From contig NW_024704742.1 of the NCBI RefSeq assembly GCF_018977255.1, forward strand, positions 33,296,001-33,360,000: a stretch of 64,000 nucleotides of DNA, written 5' to 3'. The stretch is from Callorhinchus milii. Lineage: Eukaryota. Position 1 is the first letter of the stretch; each line of letters starts with the position of its first letter. The notes beneath the pieces were generated by a model, which saw only the letters and a program-made list of their open reading frames with translations, was not told where the DNA came from and ran no database searches. Position numbers and translations under genes: made by a program. Below, piece by piece: positions 52,231-64,000 of the stretch.

Positions 52231-53654
52231 CTAAAAGGAGAGAAAAAGACACACACCATTAGAACGTTTCAGAATTCTGAAATACAGCCTGAGTTTTGAA
52301 TTCGACAATCTGCTCATCTTCGGTCGCTCTGAAATGCTAGGAAAACAGAGGGCAATTTCCAAATGTTTGCAGACCCAATCATCCGGGCGGCTTCTCCATT
52401 TTGTCATTTACTGAAACAAACTGTGTTGGAAAATGCATCCCAAATGCTGCCCCCGATTCAGATCGACTTTGAGAGTCTTGCTCTCCACGATTGCATACAT
52501 TTACAGTGTTTGAATAACTCTGCTGGTGCAGTCCACCTCCAGCCCTATTCTACACTTGCGAATTACAATGGAGAAAGACCTTGAGGAATTCCTTTGATCT
52601 ATTTCTCAAGGACTAGTCATTGGATACTGTCCTATGTCAGATGGGGTATCCCCAGTATAGTCAAAATCTTGGAAGGCTGTTTCGGGTGCTTAAAATGATT
52701 TCCACTGAATGGAATTCCAGGATAACAGGACCAGAACTTTGCAGGCCGTTTTAGGCATGACAACAATACAGATGTTGGGGTGGAGGTATTTCAAAGAAAG
52801 TTTTGACACCATTCTTTAAAATAATAAACAAAATATGTTTAGGAACGCTACGATTTTGACCCATGGTGACACCATATCATCTGTTCTATAGATAACTTTT
52901 TATTCAGAATATTATGTATCTAATTCACATTTGTTTTCCTTTCTCTGGTTATCACTGTTATTTATAATTTGTGCTATTTCAGGGAGAAAACATGTTCAGA
53001 TTCATCTTAGCAATCAGTTACTAGAGATGGATGCTCTTGTCCAGTAACAGTAAATATTGTGGACATGCAAGCAAATCCATCAATGCAAGATAACTGTGGC
53101 AATATTCAATGTATTGGCTGAGTCCACAAATCCCTCAGGCTCTCTGTGTTGTAATCTTCAAGGCATGTTTCTGAAAATATCAGGCAATGGAAAACAACAG
53201 AATTTTGAATTGGTATTTTGAAAAACACATCACTTTTTGGGTTAAATTTATACCGAAAAAATTCATTCATTCAGGGAATCAATAATAATCTTTTTATTTT
53301 TGCATTTATAATAATTCTTGCATTCAACATGGCCCCTTTGATGCCAGGAGGACATCTCAAAACACTTCTAATATAAAGTTTGTATTTTGTAGGTGACAAC
53401 CAACAACACAAAGTGAAGCAGTACAAAGGATCTGTGAGCTACTGCTCCGCTCACTGATAAATGAAAATTACAGGTCCTGCCCCAAAGTGCATCTATAACT
53501 ATATGGGCAAGAGAACCCTGATCTAGCTACAGCAGTGCTGCGACAAGACTGTTCAAAAAGGGAATGTGAGATTATTCCATCTGTTTGGTTAAAAATGGTA
53601 AGAGTTGTCCGCGTCTTCTGGTGCGAATTAAAACATGGGTCATCTGGGCTCAAG

Positions 53655-54067
53655 GAAACACTCTCGCTGCCGAGTCAGAAGGCTGTAGGTTCAAGCCCCA
53701 TGTCAGGTGATGGAATCACATAGTCTAAGCTGACACTCCAATGCAGTGCTAGGAAGTGTTGCATTGTCAGAGGTGCTGAGATGTTAAACCAAGGTGCCTT
53801 CTGCCTGTTTAGATGGAAGTTAAAAATCCCAAGACACTATTTGAAAAGAGAAGAGAGTTTCTTCCGCTGTCCTGGCCATCAAATCCCCCAAATAGAATTA
53901 GTCATTCACTCCTTGGCTGTGTGTTAGATATTGTTGTGCGTAAACTGGCTGCCGCATTTTGCACACAAAATACAAAATCCACTTTACAGTAAATACTGTG
54001 AAGCTTTTTGTGACGTCTCAATGAAGCGACAAGATGCTACATCAAATGCAATGATCATTATTATTAT
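53655..54067 (+). mobile_element. Older tRNA SINE with Deu-domain-like core (DeuSINE/SacSINE1-like), near full length
   Basis: tRNA head (gagtcagaaggctgtaggttcaagcccc), then gagatgttaaaccaagg...aaaatcccaagacactatttgaaaagag...tgtcctggcc core, then the same 3' body and tail as the young SINE. Confidence 0.8.
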
Positions 54068-54547
54068 AAATCAAAGATAATAAGTGTCTAAGATTCATCA
54101 ATGAACATAAGAATAACATGATATCAATATTAGCATACTCAGTACTTCATCCTACTCAAAAACATTTATTTTAGTATGTGTGAGTGTCCACTTGGATCAA
54201 AATAAGTGACAATATTAATATATTTGGGGGAAATTTATGAATTGCTAGTTTGCTCTGACTCTTTGTCACAAATTCACAACTTACTGCATTCGGAGTCTAT
54301 GTTGAGCACTAAGTTATAGTCCACCATTCTGTTTCTTTGCTGGGTTCTAGGATTTGTTTGCTACTTGGTGTAAGTGCAATGCGCTCTCACTTGAAAACTT
54401 GTACTAAAAAAGGTACAAAAGCTTTGTATGGGAATGCACACATGAACAATACTGAACAATACTGATGTCTCCTGATGTGCATCTCATCAAAAAGAAAGTA
54501 TTTTTAACAGGAAATCATTCCTTCATTACTGTAGTGATTTGCCTGCT

Positions 54548-54912
54548 ACCTCCTTGGGGGAGAAGGTAAGCAGGGTCTGAACTGGCTCCAAGGTGATATG
54601 CCTGGCATTGGCATGTTGGAATTGAGCCAGCCCTCTGTGGCGGTCTCGGTAGTCTGGTTCCTGGCCAGTTGGGTCTGCAGGACTCCAGAGCACTGCTGAT
54701 GGCAGCACAACCAGCCTGACTCATCAGCAGGACCTGGAAGGGCAGAACAGTCCCTGGCACAGGGAATCCTCTCACTCAGCTCCTATTAATTCTGCATGCC
54801 AAAGCCCTAACAGGTAGGATGGTCCAGCTGGACAAGCAGTGAGAAAGCTTTCCAGACAGTGCTGTCAATGGCAAGCTATGCGGTTTTAGCTGGTTAGACT
54901 CCACCAGTACCC
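54548..54912. repeat. Unclassified ~350-bp interspersed repeat (copies also at 12905-13228 and 8195-8840, the latter split by an L2)
   Basis: Shared ctctgtgg...gttcctg...ccagggcactgctga...ctcatcag...gggtgatcc(c/t)agctgga...gcaagctatgc. Confidence 0.8.
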
Positions 54913-57900
54913 CAACCCACACTATGTGAGGTCCCCAAGTCTTGGGTCTCGCCAACCTGTGCCTCATACTTTCTGGAATTAGGTAAGCAGGATGCATCCC
55001 CCCACCCTCCCGGGAGAGAGTGCGCATTCCATTCTAATAATCTATCTCTGGAATTTCCATATGAGGCGGAATGGATGGAAATCTCACCAGACTCCCAAGC
55101 ATGGTGATGGGTTTCCGCATGTGTCAGACATCTGGTAACAAAGGATCAAACCTAAAGCTTTCTGAACCAGAAGCATGAGCATTACCAACTGAACCAAACT
55201 GATCCCTATCACAACTCGAGCCACACCACAAAGGTTCTTGCTTACGCTTTTTCTCATTATGACTCGAAAATCCAATGAGAGAACATCCAATTTCTAGCTG
55301 TCTGGATCAAGGATTTCATTCATTTTCACTGACAAGCGTTGACAAACCAATCAGTCTGCAATTGGATCCCTAGAGGTGTGGAGGTAAGTGTTAATTTCCT
55401 TTGTGGAACAATGTGTATATTCCTTGTGTTGCATGACTGACCTGTGGGGTCAGTTTTTGTTTTAAGCTTTGGCTTCTGCTTTGCAAATATCTCACAATTA
55501 AGATTTCCAAAAGTAAGTCCAGATCATAAATCAGATTTTTTTATCCTAGTACGTATGATGTGTTCATGATTGTGGCTGTGATTGTGGTCTATGAGTTCAG
55601 AGTATCCATGGTCCAGGAGTGTTATCAGAGCTTCACATAGAATAGTATTGAGTCTGCAGCATCCAAATTAAAATATAGACAATGTAATGGTAGAGAACAG
55701 CAAAGAATTGAAAGCTATAATGCTGGGTCCCACTTTGAACCATGATCTCTGAGTGGACGAGAGGCTATAACAATTATTAGAAAGGAAAAGGCAGAATAAA
55801 TATACATTTTGGTAGTTTCTTCACTGTGTTATATTAAGAGGGAGAAAGGGAAGAAGGAAAAGACTTAATTCCTTCATCTCTCATCTTCATTTTACTTGTT
55901 AACATGATTCTGGCTATATCTGCTGTGAAACATCAGTCACTGCTAAATCAGATGCAGTGACCACAACATTATCATACCACCACATGATTATTATGTCTAT
56001 TCGTAAAGATATTCACAACACAAAGCTGTAATTTATGCTAAAGCAAACCATTAACTTATTTTTATGCAGCATCTTTGTGACATGAATGGCATTGGGCTCT
56101 TCTGTCTTGTACCCCACCCTCCCACCAAAAAATAAGCTTTCAAAATTTGGGGGAAGGGAATTATCTCTCACTAAGAGGCTCAATGTGTTTGTTTGTAAAA
56201 TCACTGAATTTTCTAGCTGCCTGTCTCTTGTAGTAACAGCAATAACAAGGGATCCCCAAGAGACACTTTAATTAAATAATTCAACATTGGCAATGATAGT
56301 AAATGTTTTTATTTGAAAGGATGGCAGATGAATGATTGTTTTTTTTAAAAAAACACTGAAACACTTCATTCAATATTAAAACCAGGATAGATACAGATCA
56401 ATCCCCTCAGCAGTCCACAATAGGCAATAAAAAAATGGTAGTCAGAAATACTGACTTGTACAACTTGGACCTCAAACTAAGGGGAACAAGTATAGCACGA
56501 TATTAGAAATCATGTCGTTTGCAAAAGATCTTTTTTTGTTCGTGTAAAGGTTCCCACAACATCTGGAATAGCTCCAAGCTAGCAAACAAAGGCTGCATAG
56601 TGTAAAAAGGACTTGTTAGTATACTGTTTGAGGCCATGTATACATTATAGTATTTTCTTGTATGATATCTGATTAAAAGTTAAACATTGGGGCTTTGGGG
56701 AAAAATTACACTGGATGATTGATTGAGTACTTACTATCTATTTACAACTGATGTGGGTAAAGTTTTCACATTTTTAAAGGCATAAGAAATTAAGAAAACA
56801 TGAAAGAAAAACAAGGCAACTCGTCCCATCAAACCTGTCCCTGTACCACAACGTGCAAATCTGAAACTCACACAATAGATTCCACCAAGAGAAAGTCTAC
56901 ATATGGTGTCAGCCAGAAGAAATGTTAAATCTAGGTCCTGTCTTCCTGTTCAGGTGGTCATTAAAGAGCCTACGGCATTAGTATCAATAGAAAGAGAAAG
57001 TTTCTCCTTGTGTCCTGGCTAACAATCCTCCAGATAAAATTGCTCGTTCACTTCATGAATGTTTGTGGGAAATTGCTGTGTGCAAATTAGCTGCCACGTT
57101 CGTCTACAAAATACAGACACTAAATCTTGTGGAGTCTTTTTAAACATTTCAACAATATAACTAAGTATTATATCAAATGAGAAGGTTATTTATTAATAAT
57201 ATTGGAAAGCACTTTTTCATGAAGAGAGTGTTCCTTTAATTGAAACATTCACCAACTCACAACAAGTTCTTTGCCCAATATATCACCAAACCGAGTAACG
57301 CTACTTTGTTGGGTTATAATAATAATAATCCTTGCATTTGATATAATGCCTTATTACATCTTCGAAACATCTCAAAGCGCTTCACAGAATATACTGTAAA
57401 TTGAATTGACTGTATTTTGTGGGCATTATAGTTACAGTTCTCTCAGTTTACTGAAAGCTTTGAAATTGAGTATTTGAAATGACTTATTGGAATACTAAAA
57501 TCTAAAAGTAGTATTCACCTAATATATTTTTCAGGGTTCAGTATCCAATGTGTTGTGTCAACGCTTCAGTAACTGACAAATAAAGCAAAATACAGTCCTG
57601 CAAATGAATTGATCTGGACGGATGCACAGAGATTCTGAATAAATTTTTGGCAATTTAATTATTTATCACTCATTTCATCTGTGCAGTGCATTAAATTATG
57701 GTTGCACTGGAGGTACAGTATGCTAGCTTACAGGCAAAAATTTTACTGCTGGAGGCTTGCTCATTATTGATGGCTGTAAAAGCCACAGCTCTAACCTGAC
57801 TGCCAAACAGAGCACTTTCAATTCATCAATGTGACAATCATTTCACAGGAGCAGGATTGTCAAACTATTAATGAAATAAAGTAAAAACACCTTTGTTGTT

Positions 57901-59296
57901 ATAAATCAACGTCTTAAGACAGCCACATATTTTCCAAACAAAGAGGATCAAAATTGTAGTATTGTGAAACTGAGTCCATTTCTTGAGCAATAGTACAGAC
58001 AATATAGAAATTGAGGTAAAAAAACAAGTTCTATTAAATCTGCCTTTTAACAACTGCTTTGGAACTGAACATCCGGGAGAATGCTTTGTACGTCAGGCTT
58101 ATCGCAGTCAATTTAGCCACAATTAAAAAAAGCAAATTTAATGAAGGCCAAGATTTTGATTTAACTTTGAAGTGTTAATTTTGAAAACGTTTAGACCCGT
58201 TTCTGGTAAAGAAGTTGTACATTCACACACTCCCCACCCAATTAAAGGTTTTCCAATTCCACACAGAGAAGCTTCGTGTTGACCAGATGACGCTGGTTTG
58301 ATCAGTTGGGTTCTATCTCATGGATTTATAATAATAGTAATAATAATACTTGCATTTGATATAGCGCCTTATCACATCGTCGAGACGTCTCAAAGCACTT
58401 CACAGGACATACTGTAAAGTCGATTTACTGTGTATTTTGGGCGAAATGTGGCAGCCAGTTTGTGCTTTGCAATGTTCCACAAACAGCCACGGAGTGAGTG
58501 ACCAATTTCATTTGGGGGATTTGTTAGCCAAGACATCGGGAGAAACTCTCTTTTTGAATAGTGCCATGGGATCTTTAACGTCCACCTGAAAAGGCAGACT
58601 GGACCTTGGTTTAAAGTCTTTGGGACGTCCTCCCGACGTGAATAGCGCTATATCAAATGCAAGGATTATTATTATTATTATTATTATTTTATTAGCCAAA
58701 GGACTTATTTTGCTGAATATGTTTATATTGAGGTTTCAGTGTTTTGGTTAGAACTTAATTCCTGTGGGTAAGTGTGTCCAGAATTTGTCAAATTCTTAAA
58801 TTTATCTTTAATTTAGGAGCCAGTTTTCTGTAAGTTATCTTAAGAACTACAGAAACTGGGCTTGAAACTAAATTCAATAATATACCAAATTTCTGAATTC
58901 TCTGAAATGCTACATTAATAAGAGTAAATCTAGAGCCAGGGGAAATTTCTACCCACGTATCTGAAACTCTTAGTAGTTTGATTTATAACCATAGAAAAAT
59001 TACAGTACAGAAGAAGGCCATTGAGCCCATCTGATTTGTGCTGGCCCTTTAAAGGAGCAATCCAGTTAATCCCATTCTCCTGCTTTTTCCCCATTCTGTT
59101 TAAATATCTATCTGGCTGATGAGGATTCTGTTTTAGCCAGTGTACCCCACAGAGCTTTCCACATGCTAACAATTCTCCTCCTAATCTCTGCCTTGTTAAT
59201 TATCTTAATTTGATGCCCTCCAGTCACTGGTTTGAATACTCAAACATGATAATGGCTTTCTGCATATGTGAAGCCAAGCATCAGACCAAAAAAAAT

Positions 59297-59487
59297 TAGG
59301 TGTGCACATTCCCAGATATCACTGCCTTCTTCGATATCAGATCTTTGATCATTTTTATATTGAGAAATGTGTAGTAAAAGTGAAACTCTTTTACTAGGTG
59401 TGCACATTCCCAGATATCACTGCCTTCTTCGATATCAGATCTTTGATCATTTTTATATTGAGAAATGTGTAGTAAAAGTGAAGCTCT
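59297..59487. repeat. Tandem duplication, period 98 bp, near-identical copies
   Basis: taggtgtgcacattcccagatatc... starts at both 59297 and 59395. Confidence 0.95.
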
Positions 59488-61849
59488 GTTGTTTGAAAAT
59501 GTAAAAATACTGTACTACAGTATGGGAATTAATGCAGACGGCATTGAAAGGCTGCTTTGCCTTCAAACCCACTCATGACATAATTTCACCAAGGATCATC
59601 AACAGGGATGCTTGGTACCTGTACAAAAGCAGCAGTTCACTAAAGAACTGTGAGGGAAACATATGTATTGTGTTTACAAGAGCCTAAAAGAATAAATAAG
59701 GTACAAAACCTGACACAGTTTTGCACTTCAATAACTTCCAAGAAGTTCTGCTGCAAGCTGTGAGTCAACTGAATTAACTCCAAAAGGCTGCAAGGACTAT
59801 TTAATGAGCCCCAAAGGTAAACAGGTTCTTTGAAGTTCGCAGTCAGATATCTTGACTGGTTCCCAGTAGAGTTTCCACATTTTTCTCTGATGTTTTGTTC
59901 ACTTGCACAGATAATCATGCAATTATATTGTGATAATGAACGGTACCTTGAATTAAATGTATGCAACTAAAATTTGTTTCAAGTCAGCCTTATTTGACTC
60001 TGCGACAAAATCTGCAACCTGGCTTCACTGTATTCATTCCAAAGCTTCCGGCATATCCTGGTAATTACCATTTGATACTTTTCTATTACCCCATCTTCGC
60101 CATGCACCATTGTCTCCCTATCTCCCAACAGATCTACTTCAAGATCCTAAAATTCTTTACACGTCCCTGCCCTTTACAACCTTCTCTAAGCTCACTCTCC
60201 TGCTTGACCACAACACTCAGGAACTTGGCCTGCTACATATTCCTCACTCCCTTCTGCCCTGACCATCAGTAACCAAGCTTTCAGTCACTATGCCCCTAAC
60301 CTCTGGAACTCTCTCATTAAATCCCTCCACCTCAGCACCTCTCTATCTGTCTTTAAACTGCTTCTAAAAACCTACTTCATTGATTGTGCCTAAGGTCACT
60401 TCCCTACCCCCTCCACGCTGCTAGGTGTCTAGGATCACCTCTGAAAAGCATTTTGAGACATTGCCCTATCTCACTGGTAGCCAACCTTTTTGGTCAGCTA
60501 ACCAAATACATTTTCTTGATTTGAATATTTCTTGATTGATGTATGTGTCATGGGCATTGCCACTCAGTAGATACTGGAAACAAGCCATTGATTTGGAATG
60601 GCCTTGTCTGGATTGGTGCGAATGTTTGGTGGGTCACTTGTTGATGGCCCCACAGGCCAGAATTGGCCCAGGGGCCATAGGTTGGCCACCATTGTCATAT
60701 GTGAAAGGCACTATATAAGTACACAGAATTAATGGGTGTCTAAGATTATACTGATTTCCCGGAGGTGCTGGCAATAGAAATTCTAGTCCCTCACTAGCCC
60801 AGCCAACTGTGTGGTCTGAGCACAGGGTTCATACAGTGCCCTGGTCATGTACCAGTGTATCCCCAGTACAGAGAGAAGCTGCTCTGAAAGCTAATTTCAA
60901 ATATGCTGCAGTGTACTATGAGTTACACTTCAATATTCTGCCTCATCTCCATTCAATGATTATGTGATTCCATCAATTCTATATTCATAGATTCAAAGAT
61001 TCCTATTAGATTCATCAGAAAATATCAATAAGACAACGGCTTTGGCTTGATAGACTTTGCAATCCGCTACCACCCTCCTACAATATTTCAGCTATTTAAA
61101 TAATATTACCTGAGTTATTGGGCAATGAAGAGCAAAGGGAATATTTAATGAGGTAATAAATAAAGCCAATAAGATTTTCTTGCTGTCTACCCACGTACAG
61201 ACCGTCTCAATCAAATAATGAAACGTATTTTATACTGCTGTAAATGTTCACTGTTTTGAACGATGTTCACTGCTTGTATGCGGTATTAGCAAATGAGATA
61301 TCTGATTTTAGTAAAATGTCAATGTTATAATCTTGTGTACTTATAACACCATTTACGACAATGAAATTATCCTTTTAAATGATGATCCTTCCATCATCTT
61401 GTAACCTTTCTTATCTCTAATTGGTACTTCCGTGGCTTTTACCCCTTGAAACTTTCCTCCCAAGCTTGAAATTCATTGCCCCACATGTTCTGTCTCCTCC
61501 GTGTATTCTTTCCACAATTTGCAGGAATCAAAACTGTTCCCACAAATTCATTCTTCCACGGGATCTGAAGATTATAGAACTCCTTATCTCCCCCAGGCTT
61601 CCTCTTTGATACAGGCTTTCGAAAACTATGCTGGGTTTTTCTAACTATTACTTTTCCTGTCTCATTTCTGTGCTATGCTTTTCATGTTCAATGGCGTCCA
61701 GCACCTTGAATCATAAACCTTTGACCTGAATTTTCTTGAGGCTGATCTGTTTATTGACTGAATTTGCAATGAGTTTGTTTGCAACAAAATGTGTCTGAGC
61801 ATACACAATGTTTTATTGATGCCCTTGATACAGCCACCATGTAGATTCA

Positions 61850-62430
61850 ACAAAAACAGCAGCAACAAATTGCATTTATATAGCGCCTTTCACATCAGGA
61901 GGATGTCCCAAGGCACTGCAAAGTCAAGGGTTTGCACCCAAGCTGGAGGTTGGATTCAGGAATGGTGGGGAACTAGGGAAGTTGGGGTTTGGGGAGGGGG
62001 AAATGATGATCAAAGGCATGGTCAAAGAGGAAAGTCTTGAGATGGACCTTGAAGAAAGTAAGGGAAGGGGGACTGTATCCCCGAAAGGGCTCGGAATCTT
62101 GGAGGGGAGGGGGCGCTAGGGAGCCAGTCATGGGAGTGCTTGGGAAACTTCCAAATTTTTCATATAGCCAGTCCACCTCTGATGTTGACACACAAGGGGT
62201 CAGGGACATATAGCAGGATGTCTTAGCTGAGCAGAGGGGCGGGGAGAGAAATGGGGGTACAAGCAGATCAAAGTGATAGGGAGGTGCTAGGGCATGAAAG
62301 AATTTGTATGCGAGAGTGAGGATCTTGAAGTTGATCATTCTGGAGATGGGGAGACAGTGGAAACTGGTGAGGATTCAGGCGATGGGCACGTGGAGTTTGG
62401 TGCAGGTGAGGATATTGGCAGTGGAATTTT
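61850..62430 (-). mobile_element. L2 LINE 3' fragment
   Basis: FKILTLAYK..HALAPPY, FKVHLKTFLF, L2 tail near 61860. Confidence 0.82.
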
Positions 62431-62869
62431 GTGGTGGTGGAAGCTAGGGCACTAGACTCATTTAAAAAGCAGAGATTGGATGGGCTGAAGTGCCTTCTTC
62501 ATCCAGACCAATCTTGTGATCCCATGTGCTAACTGAATGTTGTAGATGGTGGAACTGGGGAGACAGGTGAGGAGTGTAGTCTGCTGATGTTGTAGCCTCT
62601 TCTGAAGCATGAATGATGGGTCTCCCAAAATACAAACTTAAATAAACCTGACTATCCTGTAAACTTAGTTGGCGAGCAAACCTACCTGGGTCCAGATTTA
62701 CTCTAGTAATGCAGCATTTTAGAGAATGCAGAATTTGGCAAATTGTTGAATACAGTCTTAACTTTGAAGTCGTGTTTTCGTAGTTCTTTAAAAATTCTTT
62801 GGAAAAACATCTTCAAAATTAAGGCTGAGTTTAAGAATTAGCTCAAATCTGAATCCTTTAAAATAATCA

Positions 62870-63225
62870 TACAATTGATACAACACCTGTCATGTCAGGA
62901 GAACTTCTCAAAGTGCTTCACAGGATATACTGTAAAGTCCAGGGACTCAGCATCCAATTTGCACACAACAATGTCTACAAACAGCAATGTAATGAATAAC
63001 CAATTTTATTTGGGGGGATTGCTGGCCAGGACACTGGAAGAAACTCCCTTCTCTTTTTGAATAGTGCCATGGGATCGCAGATGGTACCTCAATTTAACGT
63101 CTTATCTGAAAGATGGAACCTCCAACAATATCGCACTGCATTGGAGTGCTTGCTTAGACTATATGAATTCATAGTCTTGACATGAGGCTTGAATCTACAA
63201 CCTTCTGGCTCAATAGGTGAGAATG
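62870..63225 (-). mobile_element. Older Deu-domain-like SINE
   Basis: Reverse complement of the family. Partial copies at about 13560-13897, 49232-49510, 56905-57200, 58330-58617. Confidence 0.78.
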
Positions 63226-64000
63226 CAGAATGCAAATTCTGTTGCTATCAACTGACACACTAAATACTAAATACTCAATAGAGTAAATTTAGGTCCAATG
63301 GAATATTTCTTCAATGATTTTGCAAAGATTACTAAGTACATTGCCCAGAGAATTGAGTCTGTACTCTGACAATTTGCAGAATTACTTCAGTGAATTGATT
63401 GTATTTGGCCAGCACTCTGCTCTTCGCAAAGAATATTGATTTGGAACCCACAAATAGAATCTACAATTAAAGTAATCACATTTTGCATTTTCAGTTTATC
63501 AAACAATATACATTTCAAAACTAATGAGCTAAATGTATAATTTAAACATGATGTTCAAACCCAATAATGGAAATTAATTTGTTCCAGGCTAACAGTTCTG
63601 CAAATGAAGCAGCATCTGAATCAAATGTGTTCTTAGTCCCACCAGCACAGTCAACTGAAAGGTGTCTTTATGGAGAATAAAAAGAGTTGATAAGAGTTGA
63701 GTTGGTATTTCAATTTCTCCTTCGCTTGTTAAAATCAGGATTCCCACCATGCACAGCGACCTGAATTCATAAGACAATATTTATGTAAGCAAATGTCTCA
63801 ACTGCACTTAACAACTGAGTGATAGGCACCAAACAAGAAGTGGGAGTCAGTTAGAGGTCACTGAAAGCACTGCCAACTTGATAAAGAGACACAACTTTAG
63901 AACAATCTTGAAAACAGAAAAGAAAGGTAGCAAGGATACACAATTTTGAAAAAAAAGTTTCATACATCAGGGGACAGAGGCATTAAATAATACAGGGCCA

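Noticed and set aside
52231..64000. Expected upstream ANK2 exon (KGNTALHIAS-type repeat)
   Set aside because: Not found by eye on the minus strand; presumably beyond the window
1..64000. CRISPR arrays, operons or a novel multi-gene system
   Set aside because: This is eukaryotic intron-exon sequence; the repeats are dispersed transposable elements without regular spacers

Overview
Vertebrate genomic DNA. The repeat content (tRNA-derived SINEs with L2-type tails, L2, CR1 and Penelope-like relics) suggests a cartilaginous fish, possibly a chimaera; this is inference. The window lies within a minus-strand ankyrin-B (ANK2) gene. I resolved 19 consecutive coding exons from 52230 down to 11950 (2164 nt, 721 codons + 1 nt). 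They encode most of the membrane-binding ankyrin-repeat domain and the start of the linker. I found neither the upstream exons nor the next constitutive downstream exon, so these probably lie outside the window. Nearly all other listed ORFs are chance frames in introns or repeats. I found no convincing new multi-gene system. The best points are a 24-nt microexon with a neural-type 3' splice site, a GC-AG intron, and several unannotated candidate exons (one a possible alternative first exon for a short isoform). Also notable are a degenerate minimal hammerhead ribozyme inside a TSD-bounded composite insertion, direct repeats flanking one exon, a tandem duplication with a fold-back junction, and several unnamed repeat families. 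Exon coordinates were checked against splice dinucleotides; repeat boundaries are approximate.
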